This document shows positions 1 through 13,857 of a stretch of DNA of 64,000 nt, piece by piece (position 1 is the first letter of the stretch; each line of letters begins with the position of its first letter). The notes beneath the pieces are model-generated. The model did not search any database. It was not told the origin of the DNA and worked only from the letters and a program-made list of their open reading frames with translations. This DNA comes from Vicugna vicugna (lineage: Eukaryota): NCBI GenBank assembly GCA_013265495.1, contig MU058540.1, positions 1,575,696 to 1,639,695 of the forward strand, given 5' to 3'. Made by a program: the position numbers and the translations under genes.

Positions 1-506
1 TAAAGTTTGAGCAGGAATTGATGTTTTTGTCTTTGCTTTCTTCATTACTTCCTTAATAACTTAGGTTTGCTAGAACTCTTTGACAAGTTGATTCTTCTGA
101 TTTATCGTTTCCTCTTTTTAGAGTAGACTGGAAATTGAGCCACTGGTTTTCCTACACTAGAGTTTATGTATCAGTATCATGAAGGACATTGTCTGACAAG
201 GCAGTTGTGCATTTTCAGCACTGGTATTTCTCACTGTGGTCGAGGATATGACAGATATATCTCTGCTGTAGAATAATCTCTGCTACAGACATCAAAAAAC
301 AAAGAGCAGTGCTAATTGGTGTGTGTGTGTGCATGTGCGCACAGCATTCTCTGTCTGTTTCAATACTAAACCCTGAGTTTAGTCTCAGGGAAGCTGTTTA
401 CATTATCCTTCTTTATTTCCAAAGGCTAAGATAAGAGTAAACCGAAAAGTTAGACTCTTAAAGAAAAAAAAAAGATAGTAAAATACTTATTCCTTCTCTT
501 CCACAG

Positions 507-599
507 AAGGAACGTCCACCACCTCCAGCAAAACCACCACCCGATGAAGAGGAGGAAGACCACATAGATAAGAAGTATTTTCCTTCGGCAGCTTCTGAG
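507..599 (+). CDS. ANKS1A: ANKS1A (Odin) internal coding exon, 93 nt, phase 0/0: [31 protein letters not shown]
   Basis: Pyrimidine tract with ccacAG acceptor at 505-506 and GAG|GTAGAG donor at 600. Translation matches recalled ANKS1[26 protein letters not shown] and joins in frame to the exon at 5799. Confidence 0.95.
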
Positions 600-820
600 G
601 TAGAGGGCTAAGGGTTTATTCTCATCAATGCAATAGGATTTTCTGGAAAGTGCATCAAGTGTGTACTATAAGAAGACTTTACTTTCTCATTTTCTTATCG
701 CCTCTTTGGATTAGTATATTTGTATTATGTATATCAGTAATCCAGAACAGGTCCTTTCAATCTCACTCAAAAGTACTAAGCAAAGAATTTTACTAGGGCT
801 CTTTAGCAGACAGGCCAATT

Positions 821-1349
821 GTTGTTATTATTATTCTGCAAGTATAGTGGTTTACAGTGTTGTATTAGTTTCTGGTGTACAGCATAGTGATTCAGTTTTA
901 ACATATATGTATATATTCTTTTTCATATTATTTTTCATTATAGGTTATTACAAGATATGAATACAGTTCCTTGTACAGTAGGACCTTATTGTTTATCTAT
1001 TTTATATATAGTAGTTTGTATCTTCTAATCCTAAACTCCTAATTTATTCCTCCTCCCCTTCCCCTTTGGTAACTGTAAGTTTGTTTTTTATGTCTGTGAG
1101 TCTGCTTCTTTTTTGTAAATAAGTTCATTTGTATCATTTTTTAAGATTCCACATATAAGTGGTATCGTGTGATATTTGTCTTTCTTTGACTTACTTCACT
1201 TGTATGATAATCTCTAGGTCCATCCATGTTACTGCAAATGGCATTATTTCATTCTTGTTTATGGCTGAATAGTATTCCATTGTATATACATACCACTATA
1301 TCTTTATCCAATCATCTGTTGATGGACATTTAGATTGCTTCCATGTCTT
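821..1349 (-). mobile_element. 5'-truncated L1 3' end with target-site duplication
   Basis: Antisense L1 3' UTR/ORF2-end sequence (ccatccatgttactgcaaatggcattatttcattc...ggctgaatagtattccattgt). Perfect 15-bp TSD gcagacaggccaatt at 806-820 and 1350-1364. Confidence 0.9.
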
Positions 1350-4300
1350 GCAGACAGGCCAATTATTAATCTGCCTTACCACATGGAAAGTAAAACATGC
1401 ATGTTTTCTCCTGACTCCATTAGGCTAAATAGTCTCACTTTTTGCTTTTGTACCTGTGTTGTCTTTTGATACAAGATGTAGAGTGTTCCCCTAATTAGTG
1501 AGCTTTGGTTCTGCCCCAAATGCATTATTTCCATTTTTGCATTTTCCTTCTTCATTCACATGAAGAATCTTCATCAGGAAAAACGTGGAAAACGTTATGA
1601 AGACTCAACTAGAAGAGAAATAGAAGTCATGGGGGTAGGGGGAATCAAAGAAGGTTATTTGAAAAGAACAGTTCACCTTTTGAAAAAAAGATGTTATCAT
1701 GGGACAAATAGTTCAACCTTCTCACTTAGGTGTATGAAGAAAATCATGTTTTCCTTAACCATTAGTCTTCAAAATGCTCCTTTAACACTTCCTGCCATTC
1801 AGAGACTATGTTTATTGAGTATTTATTGAAAATATTGTATAATTTCAGTAGTTACTTTGTAGCTCATCTAATGCCCTGTTACTCTTTAATTTGAAAATTA
1901 GCTAACATCAACTAGTCAATTAAGTCTCCTTAATTTATCCTTAGAAGTTGGAGTTAAGTTTTTTTTTATAGTACTGCCACAGACCATCCAGTGAGATAGA
2001 TTCTTTTATTTAATATAAACACATTCAACAAGAAGGATGACTTTAGTTTAATAAAATATATAAATTCAAGGAAGCCCTTTTAAGAATGTAAAAGTCATCT
2101 TTGGAGATGGGGACGATTTCTATGCTACATACAAATTCTGTCCTTATTTCTTTGTATCCATTAATTTCAAAATGCTTATTATCATGTTTCAACTAAAGGG
2201 TCTCTAGAATTACAGCCTCTAGGTTAATAACACATTGCTGGTAGATGCAAGTGCATGTAGTAAATCCCTACATGTTTTTATACAGGGATTTGCTTTATTA
2301 CTCCCTTTTTACAAGGAGAAACCTAGGAATATGGAGCATGTTCAGTTGGGGCTGGGTTTCTGTAAATGCCTTATGCCACCTCTTTAACAAGGGCTTGGGT
2401 TAAAATTTCTGATGCCTAAGGATAAGAGCAAGGATTTTAAAGAAATATCCGATAACTAAGACTTCTTATTCTCCCAGGGCTTTCTAGAGCATACAAGTTG
2501 GCAATAATACTGTGTCGAGAAGTAGGAGGAGAAATTTCCCTATCCCTCTCCTGGAAGGGAGACTTTGTCTGAGACACATCTTCTAGGACTTGCTTCCGAA
2601 TAGCCTGGAATTCTGAATCAGTTGGGCCACCACAGTCAGTATTTGGAAAACTGTGAGAACCCTGGCTTTTCTTTCTTAGTGATGATTATAAGGACATGAA
2701 CATAGAGATATGGTCTGGGTTTTCACCCTCTTAATGATCAAGACAGATTCTCTTTGCTGTGGTCTGAATGGATAGGTCATCTCCAAAAGAGGCTTTTTTT
2801 GGGGGGACTCTGGTCTTTACCGTCTTTATTTCTTATACCCTCAATGCTTTAATATCCTAAACCTCATGTCCTAGGAGGCACTGGCTTCATCAAAGTGCAG
2901 ACTTGTGTATTTGGCAAGCAGTCTGCCCCAGTGTTCATTTCCTTTTCCTGGGGCTTATCATTGCAAATGACTCATGGAAACCTATAAGAGAAGCTGAGTA
3001 TACCTGGCTTCAGGAATGCTGATCAGAGTAATGACCTGATCATGAAACTCCCTTAAAAAACATGTACACACACAAGCTGTTCAAATGTTTTTGCCCTACC
3101 AAAAGGCTGGTGGTCTTCTCTGACTGTGGTCTTCTCTATGCTCAGATGTGCTGAATGTTCATGAGAAGTTGCAACTGCTGTGGTATCTCTTCCCAGAAAG
3201 CTGCCCACACCCAACTGGCCATTCCATTGGTCACAGTTAGGTGGTAACTGGTAGTAGCTTTTGTCTGCAGCAAAAAATACTGCTTCCCATATAGCAGAGA
3301 ATATATCTGTTTGTTTGTTTTTTTGCAGGGGCTGGGGGATTGGGGTTGATTTATTGCAGGCCCTGGAAAAAAGGGGAAAAAGAGATTAAGAAGTAATTTA
3401 GTAAAGAGCAGAATCCCTTCTGTTGAAAATCAGTTACTGCCATATTCACTGTGACACAGGGCTGCTTGACTGAGAGCTAGGAGGGCTCGAAGAAAAGCAG
3501 TTTATTGCTTTATTATGAGATTTTAATCCCATTGCTGGCAGAGGTTAGGACCAAGAAGAAAAGATCACCCTACAAGTTGTCTGGATGTGAGCAGGGGACA
3601 TTCCTTAGACATCTGAAGGAGGGAAGGAATTTCAGATTGGATGGAGAAACCATACTTCCCAGAAAAAAATGAGGCCAGCTTGGTCTAGAATCTGGGGGAG
3701 TGAGTTTTATGGCCCTGGCTCTGCTGGGAGCTCTCTGTGTAACCTTGGGCGAGTCCATGGACCTCTCTGTGTCATCTGCACAATGAAGGAGCTGGCACCA
3801 GGTACTCTCTAGCTGTGACTGTAATGGTTCAGGTCCCTTCCAGCTCTGGCATTTGCTGGTTCTCTGCATCCAGTTGTCGTGCACAAGAGCCAGGCATGGA
3901 GCGAACGCAGGTCCAGTTGGTCTTATTTTCCAGATGGAACTCATCAGGCCTGTCCTGCTTGAGAGGAAAGGATATAATAGGCTGGGCATCCAGGCTGTCA
4001 GATACCTCTCAGAGAAGCATGCCTGGGGGTATGTTAGAGCTCTCGCTGTGTGCAGAACACTCACAGAATCAGATTTCCAGGGCTCTGCCTAAGTGATGGC
4101 TACGGGTGTGTAAACTTTCAGAACACAAATTTCCGTCTGTAAAGCCGGTGATACTAAGTTGACACTGTATGAACTACTTAATGGTCCCTCTTTGTTCCCT
4201 TAATTGTGTTCCTAGGAAGAGGCAAAAGGAATAAGTAATACAGGCAAATGGCTCATTGTAATGAAATAGCTTTTAGCTTCCAGGTGGCTTTCAGTAAGTG

Positions 4301-5070
4301 GAGGTTCCTGCTGTGTTTAGCAGAATTTTGAGAGACTATCATTCCACCTTTGGAGTGGCAGCCTTGTTAACAAACAGGAGCTGTGGGCTCTCATTTAGTC
4401 TGAGGCTGTGAGGATCCGTGTTGTCTCATTAGGCTGTAGCACTGTGAGCTCTGCCTCCAAGAAGCAAAACCCTGATAAATCACGAACCTGATTTGTTTCC
4501 AGTGAGCTCTGTGAGACATGTCAGTGAAGGAGGGTGTTCTGTGTGTGCAGAGTCACACTGGCAGGGCACCATTGTTTGTTAGGTGGACTTAGGAGTTCCC
4601 CCTCACGCCCTTGTTCATAATATATTACTTGTTCTACCCAAACTCCTCAATAAGAGATTTTTGTACTTTGGTTTGCTTTCCTAATAGCTGTTATATGGTT
4701 ATTCTTAATTTGACTGTGAAACACATTGGATTCTTAGGACAAGTGAGCTGAAATTACCCTGTAAACCAAGTATCTCCATTCTCTCTCTCAGGGTGACTGT
4801 AGCTCTAATCGTGTTTCTGGCTTGGTTCGAGATACTTGGCTACTCTGATACCATGACGAGCTGTGGCCAGCAGGCCCCCAGCTGACTAAAGCCGGCTGGC
4901 GGGTGTAGGGGCCAGCTTTGGTCCAGTTATTTCATCAGATACTTGGCTGCCTGGATTAGGGATTTCTCAGTAGACAGAGCTGCTTTTTCTCCACTGAAAT
5001 TCGTACTGCCTGTCCACTTGGCTCTTTTCACAACAGAGATTGGTAGAATTGATTTAAAATTGTATTCTCA

Positions 5071-5190
5071 GGGGTGGGTATAGCTCAGTGGTACAGCCCA
5101 GCCTAGCATGCACGAGGTCCTGGCTTCAATCCCCAGTTCAGTCCCCTGTTTTAAAAAATAAATAGGTAAATAAAACCTATTACCTTCTCC
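5071..5190 (+). mobile_element. tRNA-Ala-derived SINE (camelid vic-1-like)
   Basis: ggggtgggtatagctcagtggt...ctagcatgcacgaggtcctggcttcaatcccc has A/B boxes and an A-rich tail. 16-bp TSD taaaattgtattc(t/c)ca at 5055-5070 and 5191-5206. Confidence 0.9.
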
Positions 5191-5798
5191 TAAAATTGTA
5201 TTCCCATAGGCATGGTAGGAAGCCAGCTTTGGGGACATCCTTCTCTATAACCCCCAGGGCCTACGAAGAAAGGCTCTCAAAAAAAAAGACTTACAGAGCG
5301 CTCTGTTTCTGCTAAGTGTCAGTCATTCAGGGTTAGTCAGAAGTCAGTCTGATTCCCTCTTGAAAAGGTGGGAAGGAATCCAGCCTTGGGGTAGCATGTG
5401 TACATGTTAGGAAAGAAACATGGAGAAGGAAGGCCTTTATGATGCACCATGGTGAAAGTCTGCTCAGGAGGTCTTACCCGCAGAAAAGAGATCGTGCAGA
5501 GCATTGTGGAGATGGGAGAGGCAAGGGAGGGGATTGTCTTGGGTATTATTTACGACATTTTGAAGGATGAAATGAGGGAAGGAAAGGGGGGTGTTTTAAT
5601 CAGAGGCCATTGAGGTTTGAGGTACAGGTGCATAGCTGGGAAGTGGTTGTGATTCCACGTGACACTTGAATATTTACCCTCTCTTCCCTTTCTCTCATCC
5701 TCAAAAATGAAAAAAAGGAGTCAATAATCTCAAATTTGTTTGGCATATCTTGTATCAGTCTCCCACACAAGAAGTACTGTGGTGTTTTTCTCTCTTAG

Positions 5799-5919
5799 GT
5801 CTTGGCCATGAGACCCTGGATTCAGGGGAGTACAGCCAGGGAGGAGGATGAGCATCCTTATGAGCTATTGCTAACAGCAGAAACCAAGAAGCTGGTGTCC
5901 GTGGACGGGAAAACAAAAG
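5799..5919 (+). CDS. ANKS1A: ANKS1A coding exon, 121 nt, phase 0/1: [40 protein letters not shown]
   Basis: tttttctctcttAG acceptor and AAG|GTACAG donor. Contains the recalled ANKS1A motif [18 protein letters not shown]. Phase is compatible with both neighbouring exons. Confidence 0.96.
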
Positions 5920-6904
5920 GTACAGCCCAAACTCCCTCCCAGCAGAAATGACTGCAAAAGAATTTTTTAAGTTTGTGAGCCTGGGTGGAAGAAGATGAAT
6001 GCTGTTCCTTGGAATGGAGAAGTTGGGTTTCAGGACAGTCTGGGCAGTGGGTGTCTTTGACCTTTCATCTGCAATACGCTAGGTTGGAGTGGGCTTGTCA
6101 CCTTTCAGCATGTGAAGCAAAGAGAAGGTCAGGCCAGGCTAGGTGAGAACTGTGGAGGGGAGGCTGCCAGCCTTGTGGCAGAGATTGATTTGGGGTCTCA
6201 CATTATAAACTCTCAAGCTAATGCTCTGGAAAAACAAGCCCAACAAGTCAGTCCCCCTGGGTTTAGGCTGACGGCACAGACTCCGCTTTGAGTCCTGACC
6301 TCAGAGTGAGACACTCCTGGAGAGGGGCCCGTGATTGGCTGCCACCCGGTAACTGGAGTGCTCTGTCGCCTTGGCCTACTTTCATTGCCTCTGCAAAATT
6401 CTGTTTCCTCTGTGAGGGGTGAGGGCTGCAGGACTGAGCTCCAGCCAGGCTGTGTAAATGCAGTCGTGACAGAGGTGAGTGTACACTGCTGGAGAATTTG
6501 TGACCACCCCTGTCTCCTAAGGAAGAACGAGGAGGGGCTGTGCTGTTCCCCCTGCAGCTGGAAGAAACTCCTGTGGCCTCGCCTAGCTCTCTCTAGCTTG
6601 CAGGTGCTAGCTAGGTTCTTCATGGGCTATTATTAGTGCTTCCTTTTAGTCCTCTTGACGGCCTGGCCCGTGGTCCAGGTAAGAATGGGGTTGCGATGGT
6701 TCCTTCTGCAGTACCCTTTGTGAGGCCTGTCAGGGCTGGGTGGCTAAGAGAATGTGTGCGGGTGTGAATCAGGAACGTTGCAGACCTTATTTCCAGTGGT
6801 CCTGTTAGTAAAAGGTTTCCCTTCCTTAAATGCGGAAACTTTGTGGTTATTTTCAATAGTAGCTGTTTTGGTTTAATTTGTTGTTTATGGTTTCCATTTG
6901 GAGC

Positions 6905-9125
6905 TTAAAAAAAAAGTTATGATTTGGAAACAGTAAAATTCACCCTTTTGTGTACAGTTATGCAAGTTTTGGCAAATGCAGTCACGTAACTGTCACGACA
7001 AGATACAGAGCAGTTTCGTCACACCAACAGAGGCTCCGGTGTCCCTTTTTGTCAGTCCTGCCCCACTACCTTAGCCCTGGCAACCACCGCTCTAATGTGT
7101 GTCCCAATAATTTTGCTGTTTCCAGAATGCTGTATAAATGGAATCATACAGTATGTACCTAAAAAGGTTCCGAGACCCAGTTCCAACGTGTGTGTGCGCG
7201 CTCAGGCTTCCCCACACCAATAAGCAATTCTCTGACATCAGTGAGGTGTCTGAGAATTCAGCTCAATTCTGACCCTATCTGCCGGGAGAAAGAATCAGAT
7301 CCCACAGCTAAAGGGCTCAGTCCCACGAGACTGCCCTCTGCTTCAGAGGCCAGTGACAAGTCCCTGTGCTTCTGACTGACTAGCTATAAATCAGAGCTTC
7401 CTGTGACCCCCTCCTCAGGTTCAGTTAATTTGCTAGAATGCCTCACAGAAAACCCGTTTACTCACTAGGTTACTGATTTATTATAAAAGGATATTAAAGG
7501 ATATGAATCAACAACTAGATAAAGAGATACGTAGGGCAAAGTCCTAAACAGAGCTTCTGCCCTCCTGTGAGCTTGGGGCACAGTGGCGTGTAGAGCATTC
7601 TGGTTTCCCCAGTGTGAAAGTTCTTGGAAAAAGGGAACCAAAAAGCTCTTTTTTGGTTTTTATGGAGGCTTCATTGCAAAGTCACGGTTGACTAAATAAT
7701 CAGCCGGTGGCATTGAATAAACCTCAAGTTGCCTCTCCCTTCCCTGGGAAATCAAGGGATGAGATGGAAAGTTCCAACCCTCTAATCACATGATTGATTC
7801 TCCTGGCAACCAGCCCCTGCCCTGGGTTGAGGTCCAAAAGTCACCTTCATTAACCTCTTATCATTCAGAAAATTCCACAGGTTTTGGGAGCTGTGAGCCA
7901 AGAACTATGGACAGAGACCAAATATATCTGAGAAATATATTTTGGTCATCCAAATAACCAAACATACATATTTCCTGTAAGTCCCAGTATTCCAGTAACC
8001 TTTCGAGTCTGGCCTCTTTCACTTAGCATAATTTGAGACTCAGCTGTGCTATTGCATATATCAGTAATTTGTTCCTTTTCATTTCTGAGGAGTATTCCAT
8101 TGTATGCATGTACCAGTGTTTATCCATTCTCTAGTCGAGGGACATTCAGACCATATATAGTTTTGGGCAATTACAAATAAAGCTACTATAAACATTTGCT
8201 TTTTCATACGGGTTTTTGTGTTAATGTCGATTTTATTTCTCTTGGATAAACACTAGAAATGAGATTGCTGGGTCCTAGGTAAATACATGCTTAACTTTAT
8301 AAGAAATTGCCAAGCCATTTTCCAGAATCATTATGCCATTTTGCATTACAGGTGCTGTGTATCTTCCCCAGCACTTAATATTGTCAGATTTTTTAATTTT
8401 TAGTCATTTTAATAGGTGTGTAGTGATATTGTCAATTTAATTTCCATTTCCCTAATGACTAATAATGATGTTGAGCATCTATTAATGTGATTATTTGCCA
8501 TCCTTATATCTAGTGAAGTGTCTGTTTAGATCTTTTGCTCCTTTAAAAAATTAGGTTCTTTTGTTTTCTTATTATTGAGTTGTAAGGGTTATTTATATAT
8601 TTTGGATATAAGTTCTTTATCAGATATATAATTTTCTCCTAGTCTGTGATTTGTCTTTTTATTCCCTTGATAGTGTCTTTTGAAGATCAGTTTCTTAATT
8701 TTGATGAAGTTCAGTTTATCCTTTTTTCTTTTTGATGGATAAGGTCACAAATATTTTTTCCTATATTTTCTTCTAGAAATTTTAAAGCTTTGGGTACACA
8801 TTTAGGTCTGTGATTCATTTTGAGCTAATTTTTGTGTATGTTGTGTGGGATGGGTGGAGATTCACTTTTTTGTGTGCGGATGTCCTGTTTAAGTACTGTT
8901 TGTTGAGGACTGTCCTTTCTCCACAGAATTGCCTTTGCTACTTTGTTACTCTTTTTTAGAATTGTTTTGAATAGTCTAGTTCTTTTATCTTCCCAGACAA
9001 AATTTTATAATTAGTTTGTTGATTTCTACAAAAAGTCTTGCTGGAATTTTTCTTGAAATTGTGTTGAATCTATATAGCAGTTTGGGAAGAATTGGTATCT
9101 TAACTGTATTGAGTCTTCTAATCAC
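6905..9125 (-). mobile_element. Old L1 (L1M-type) 3' fragment, interrupted by an LTR at ~7161-7994
   Basis: Typical antisense L1M text (tataaatggaatcatacagtatgta / acctttcgagtctggcctctttcacttagcataat; gatgttgagcatct; gtgttgaatctatatagcagtttgggaagaattg) continues across the LTR. Confidence 0.8.
7161..7994. mobile_element. Solo LTR, MER21-like
   Basis: aagcaattctctgaca...tcagatcccacagctaaagggctcagtcccacgagactgccc...ctataaatcagag...aatttgctagaatg matches the recalled MER21-family consensus. It splits an L1 cleanly. Ends are approximate. Confidence 0.75.
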
Positions 9126-9954
9126 ATTGGTAGATTTTTATTTAGAACATTTAGAGAGAGGAGTAGAGCATTGATGCCTTCTCTGGTTATTTAGTAATAA
9201 ATCATACTGAAATTAACCCTTAAAGAACAAGTACTCAGTTAATTTTATGCTCTGTTTGACAGTTGTTCTTAGTAAGAGAAGATTCTTTAGCATCATGGAG
9301 GGAGGGAGATTCTAATTCTTTCTCTGTTTCAAAGACTTGATATGGGAACCACTGCAAGATAGCTGGCTCAGCCTTTGAAAGGAGGAAAGGGGACAGTCAG
9401 ATGAACTTCATAAATGGGGCCAAGTGTTCTTGACAGGGATTTTCTATCCTCAGGTTAAGAAATCTTCAGCTTAAGAAGGAAACTACCATGGAGGACTTTT
9501 GACCTCGGTTCTGCTTCTCTTTTGCTTTGTCTTCTTCCAGCTCTGCAGTATTGGGCTAACTGTTGAAGGTGGGTGGTGCAGGAAGCAGATTTAATTGAAC
9601 ACAGCTTGTGAGGTATGCCTGCCTCCAGGCTAGCTGCTTGGATCACTCACAGAGCTTTCAGACAAAGGAGTTGAGACATTAAATATGAAAATGTTCTCTG
9701 CCAGTTTCTCCATAGCCTGGAAGAAGCGCCTGCTGGGATTGGTAAAAGTGAGACAAGTCAGCAGATGATCTTCTGGGTTAGGACATATTAAATTTTGTCT
9801 GCTTTTCCACTGATGTCATTATCTTAGCAGCTGTTAGGATTTAATTCATCAGTCTTCAAAAAGGCTCTGATAATGAGACCACCAGAGCTTTCAGCACCTC
9901 CTTTATAATTAAAAAAAAACTACAGTGTGAGGGGTGGGATAGGAGATTTTTTTA

Positions 9955-11140
9955 ATTACGTTTTAAAATTACATTCATATTAACTCACTGGAAAGAAAAA
10001 TTTCAAACAATACAAAAGCGAATGCAAATAAAATGCACAGGTTCTTCTCACCTCTCTACAACTCAGTTGCCGAGGTGGCAATGTGTTGTACGCTTCAGGC
10101 CATTTGATATCTTTATATAAAAGTGTCCATGTTAGATTGTTTTGTTTGTTTTTAACCTAAAATATGATCATCTTTTACAAACTATTTTGCAAACTTTTTT
10201 CAACTTACCCTGTTTATAGATCATAAATGCAATTTTGTCACAGTTCTAAAAATTAACTGTATTCTTTTAAAGTTGTTATTAAATATCCCATAACTCATTT
10301 TTCTATTCTCTAGTTGATGGATATTTAACTTGTCTTCAGTATTATTTCTCTGTTATAAATTATGTACTGTGGACATTCCAAACACTCATTCTTACATGCT
10401 TTTAGTATTTCTCTAAAAGACATTGACAGAAAGTAGCATTAGCAGGTCAGAGTGTAGGTACCTGTCTAGATGTAATTGGTGGAGCCATGTTGCCCTTCCT
10501 TAATGGTGAACAAGCATGCTCTTTTCCCCATACCTTCACCAACACACAATATTATCACTTTTTAATGTTTTTCACCATAGTAAGCAAAAAAAGTGACTTT
10601 TAAAATTGACATTTGCCTCATCTAGTGAAACTGAGCATCTTATCTTACTGATCAGTATTATACATGTCTATTAGTTGCCTTTTTTCTTTCTATTTTCCTA
10701 CTTAGAAATTAATGATAGTAGAGCCACTTCATAGAAATACCAATAATATTTGGCCAAAGTGGTACTCAAAGGAAAGTTTATATCCTTAAATTGATTTGTT
10801 AAAAAAAACAAAGACTAAAATTTAACCAGAAGAAAATATTATAGAGGAATTAATAAAGAGAATAGCAGATAGTACATGTCACATACTTTATGGTATACAG
10901 GTACACCTCAGTTAAATACAGAAAGAACAAAGTAAAAGCAGAAATAATGAAGTTTAAAAACAAAAAAAGCAATAGACTTAATTATTACAGTGAAAACTTG
11001 TCTGTTTTTAAAAAGATCTCAAAATTTCTGATTAAGAAAAGGGAAATACAACATGTAGGAATAATATAAGAAGTAGATAAAACCACAAATTCAGAGACTT
11101 TAAAAATTAATAGAAAGAGAATTTATAGGAATAAATTTTA
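9955..11140. mobile_element. Degraded old L1 fragments (antisense 3' end followed by an A-rich sense ORF2 remnant)
   Basis: AT-rich, with L1-like motifs (gttgatggatatttaacttgtcttcag; gtactcaaaggaaagtttatatccttaaa). Confidence 0.55.
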
Positions 11141-11194
11141 TTTGGTTAGTTGCTACCATCCTCCTGGGATGAATTGTCTGAGTGAGTTACTTGT

Positions 11195-11325
11195 CCATGA
11201 TAATGACTAGTTGAAGAGGGGTTAGTACTGGCATTTAGTGCCTGGTGACCAGGAATGCTAAGCATCCTGCATCAGGAAAGACAAACCTTCACAGTGAAGA
11301 ATTTTCCCACCCAGAAATGCCATTT
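11195..11325. mobile_element. MER20-like hAT DNA transposon fragment
   Basis: tactggcatttagtg...ccaggaatgctaagcatcctgca...aagaattttcccacccagaaatgcc resembles the recalled MER20 consensus. Confidence 0.55.
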
Positions 11326-12479
11326 ATGTCTGTAGAAATGACGAAAACTGACAAAAGTAGAAAGCTTTAATAGAACCATAAAGTGGAAAGGCCATTCTCC
11401 CCTCCCCAACCCCCAGAGGCACTCTTCCCAGGTGGTTTTATGACAGTTTTATCCAACTAAGTATCCCTCTATTATTTCAGTTGTTTCAGCTGTAGAAAGT
11501 CTTCTGAAACCATTATTGAGGGCTAGCATAACAGAGCATTGTTTCCTGTTTCCTGTAGCACAATTCTCTGCAGTTGCTTATTTCTCTCAGTGGTTCACTC
11601 TTTGCCCATTGGACATTTGGGACATGCTACTGCTCAGAGACACAGTGGATGACTTTCCAGGTTTGATACCAGATAAGAAAGGCTCTAGGAACTCTAAAAG
11701 TCAGTGTTCTCTCTAGGTGCTTTTCTGCAGCATCCACTAATAGTACTTAGGTCCAGGCGAAGTGGTTACTTGGCTTAGGACAGTGATGAATGATTATCTG
11801 AAGACAGTGATACACGTGGACTCTTTGGCACGCAGCTACAGTTCTGAGGTTTTAAGATGCAATTAAGTCAATATTCTTGAGAGCTATGCATTTAGGTCTC
11901 TGTGAAATTTGTGCATGAGCATGAAGACCTTAATCTTGAAGGCGGGGAGTATGTTATTTTAGCTTCTCCCTCTACTCCCACATCCAAAGCGCTGCCAATA
12001 TCTGTGCCTTTGGGGAGTTCTATAGTGTAAGTTTTGGCTTTTCCCTTTGCCAGCCTGGAATTGAGTTTTCTTAGGTGTGCTTTCATCTGCACACCTTTTA
12101 GTAGAAATCCCACTTTTACTGTTACTTTTACTGATACTATTATTATTTTAGTAAGACTTCAGGAAGAAGATTTAAATAAGTACCTGCATTCAGTCCACCA
12201 TCTTTACCTGGAAGTCCAGGCTAGCTTTTCATGGTAGATTCCAAGGAGTACATTTGGGTGCTTTTCCCAAAGGCAAAAAGCATAAATGAGACAGTTTAAC
12301 AGTTAAGCCTCATCTTCAGCAGCCTTCCCTTCTCTCCCCGAGCGTTAGAGGAGCTCCTGCCAAAAGCTCTGCTGTATAGCCATCTTGCTTTTGTCAACTT
12401 ATATTTCTGAGTTGAAATAGTTCACTTTTCCTTCCATTATGGAACAAGTCCAAGCTTTGTGAGCTGTGCACTTTTATTT

Positions 12480-13850
12480 TCTTTCATCAAATGTATCAAC
12501 AGCCATTTGTATATATGTATGTATATTGTGAGACATATGTAAAATGGTCATAAAAGGACATAATACTTTAAATTCATGTAAAGTATAAAAGTAATTTTGG
12601 AGTTCAAAAGAGAGATAAACTGTCACTGTAAGAGAGCAAGGGATGACTTTATGAAGGAAGTGAGTGCATTTGAGCTGAATCCAAAAATAGAGAATTCTAC
12701 TTAATAGGCAGAAATAAGGAGGAAGGAGAGGGCATTCCAGGCAGAGGGAGTGGCATAAATAACAGTAAGATGAGGGGAGCTGATAGAGAGTGTGTTTGGA
12801 GAATGGTAAATAATCCAGTTTGACTGGAACAAAGAACTTGTCTTAGAAGATTGAATCTCAAATGTCAGTCTTTATTCCAAAGACAGTGAAGTATTGTTGA
12901 AGCGTTTTGAATGATGTGACAGGATAAAAGCCACACTTTAAGTACAGTCATCCCTCGGTATTCTCCGGGGATTTGTTCCAGGATACCCTCCCCCAACAGA
13001 TACCAGAATCCCTGGATGCTCAAAGCCTTGTACAAAATGGCATAGTTTTTGTATATAACCTACGCATATCCTCCCAGATACTTTGTCATCTCTAGGTTAC
13101 TTATAAAACCTAACACAATGTAAATGCTATATATAAGTAGTTATTGACACGTGGCAAGTTCAAGTTTTGCTTTCTGGAATATTTTTTTTCCTGAATATTT
13201 TCTATCTGCAGTTGCAGAACCCATAGATACAGAGAGCTGACTGTAATGTATAGTTGTAGAATCTTAGATTGTAGCTGGGAGAGACTGGAGTCAGGAGTAC
13301 CCTGAAGTCAAGAGACCTCAAGGAATCCCTGGACGGGAATTAGAGCCCAAAGTAAGGGGAACAATAGAAAGTGATAGGGAGGAGGATATGGACAGCAGAG
13401 GCTTTGAAGAGGTGACATTAACAGGCTCTTACAACCAAATGTGGAAGAGTGAGGAGGAGAGGGTATTGAGGATGGTTCTAATGTTTTGAGCCTGGTTAAT
13501 TGGGGAAATATTGTACAGCTAACAGAAATAAGGGATTGAAGTAGGGACACACTTGAAGAAATATGTTAAGTTCAATTTTGAATGTATTAAGTTTGAGTTG
13601 TTTCAAGTATCAGAATATCCAGATAAAAGATACACCATGAACACTTGGAAATGTGGGTCTTGTGATCAAGAGAGATGTAATTATTAGAACTACAGATTCA
13701 TGAATCATGCACGTTGAGGTGACGGTTGAAGGAAAGGGCTGAGGGCAAGACAAGGGCGACTGAAGAGGTCAAGAACAGAAGTACATTGAGAGGCATAAGA
13801 GGAAAGAGACATAGGAAGATAACTGGGATAATACAGCGTCTTAGAAGCCA
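12480..13850 (-). mobile_element. L2 LINE fragment (interrupted by a MER2-type element)
   Basis: Purine-rich L2 antisense motifs: catttgagctgaat, gggcattccaggcagaggga, aagttcaattttgaatgtattaagtttgag. Confidence 0.65.
12945..13243 (+). mobile_element. MER2/MER2B (TcMar-Tigger) non-autonomous DNA transposon
   Basis: Termini cagtcatccctcggta... and ...tacagagagctgactg form imperfect TIRs with TA target duplications at 12943-12944 and 13244-13245. Internal catcctcccagatactt...catctctaggttacttata matches MER2. Confidence 0.88.
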
Positions 13851-13857
13851 AGGCTGA

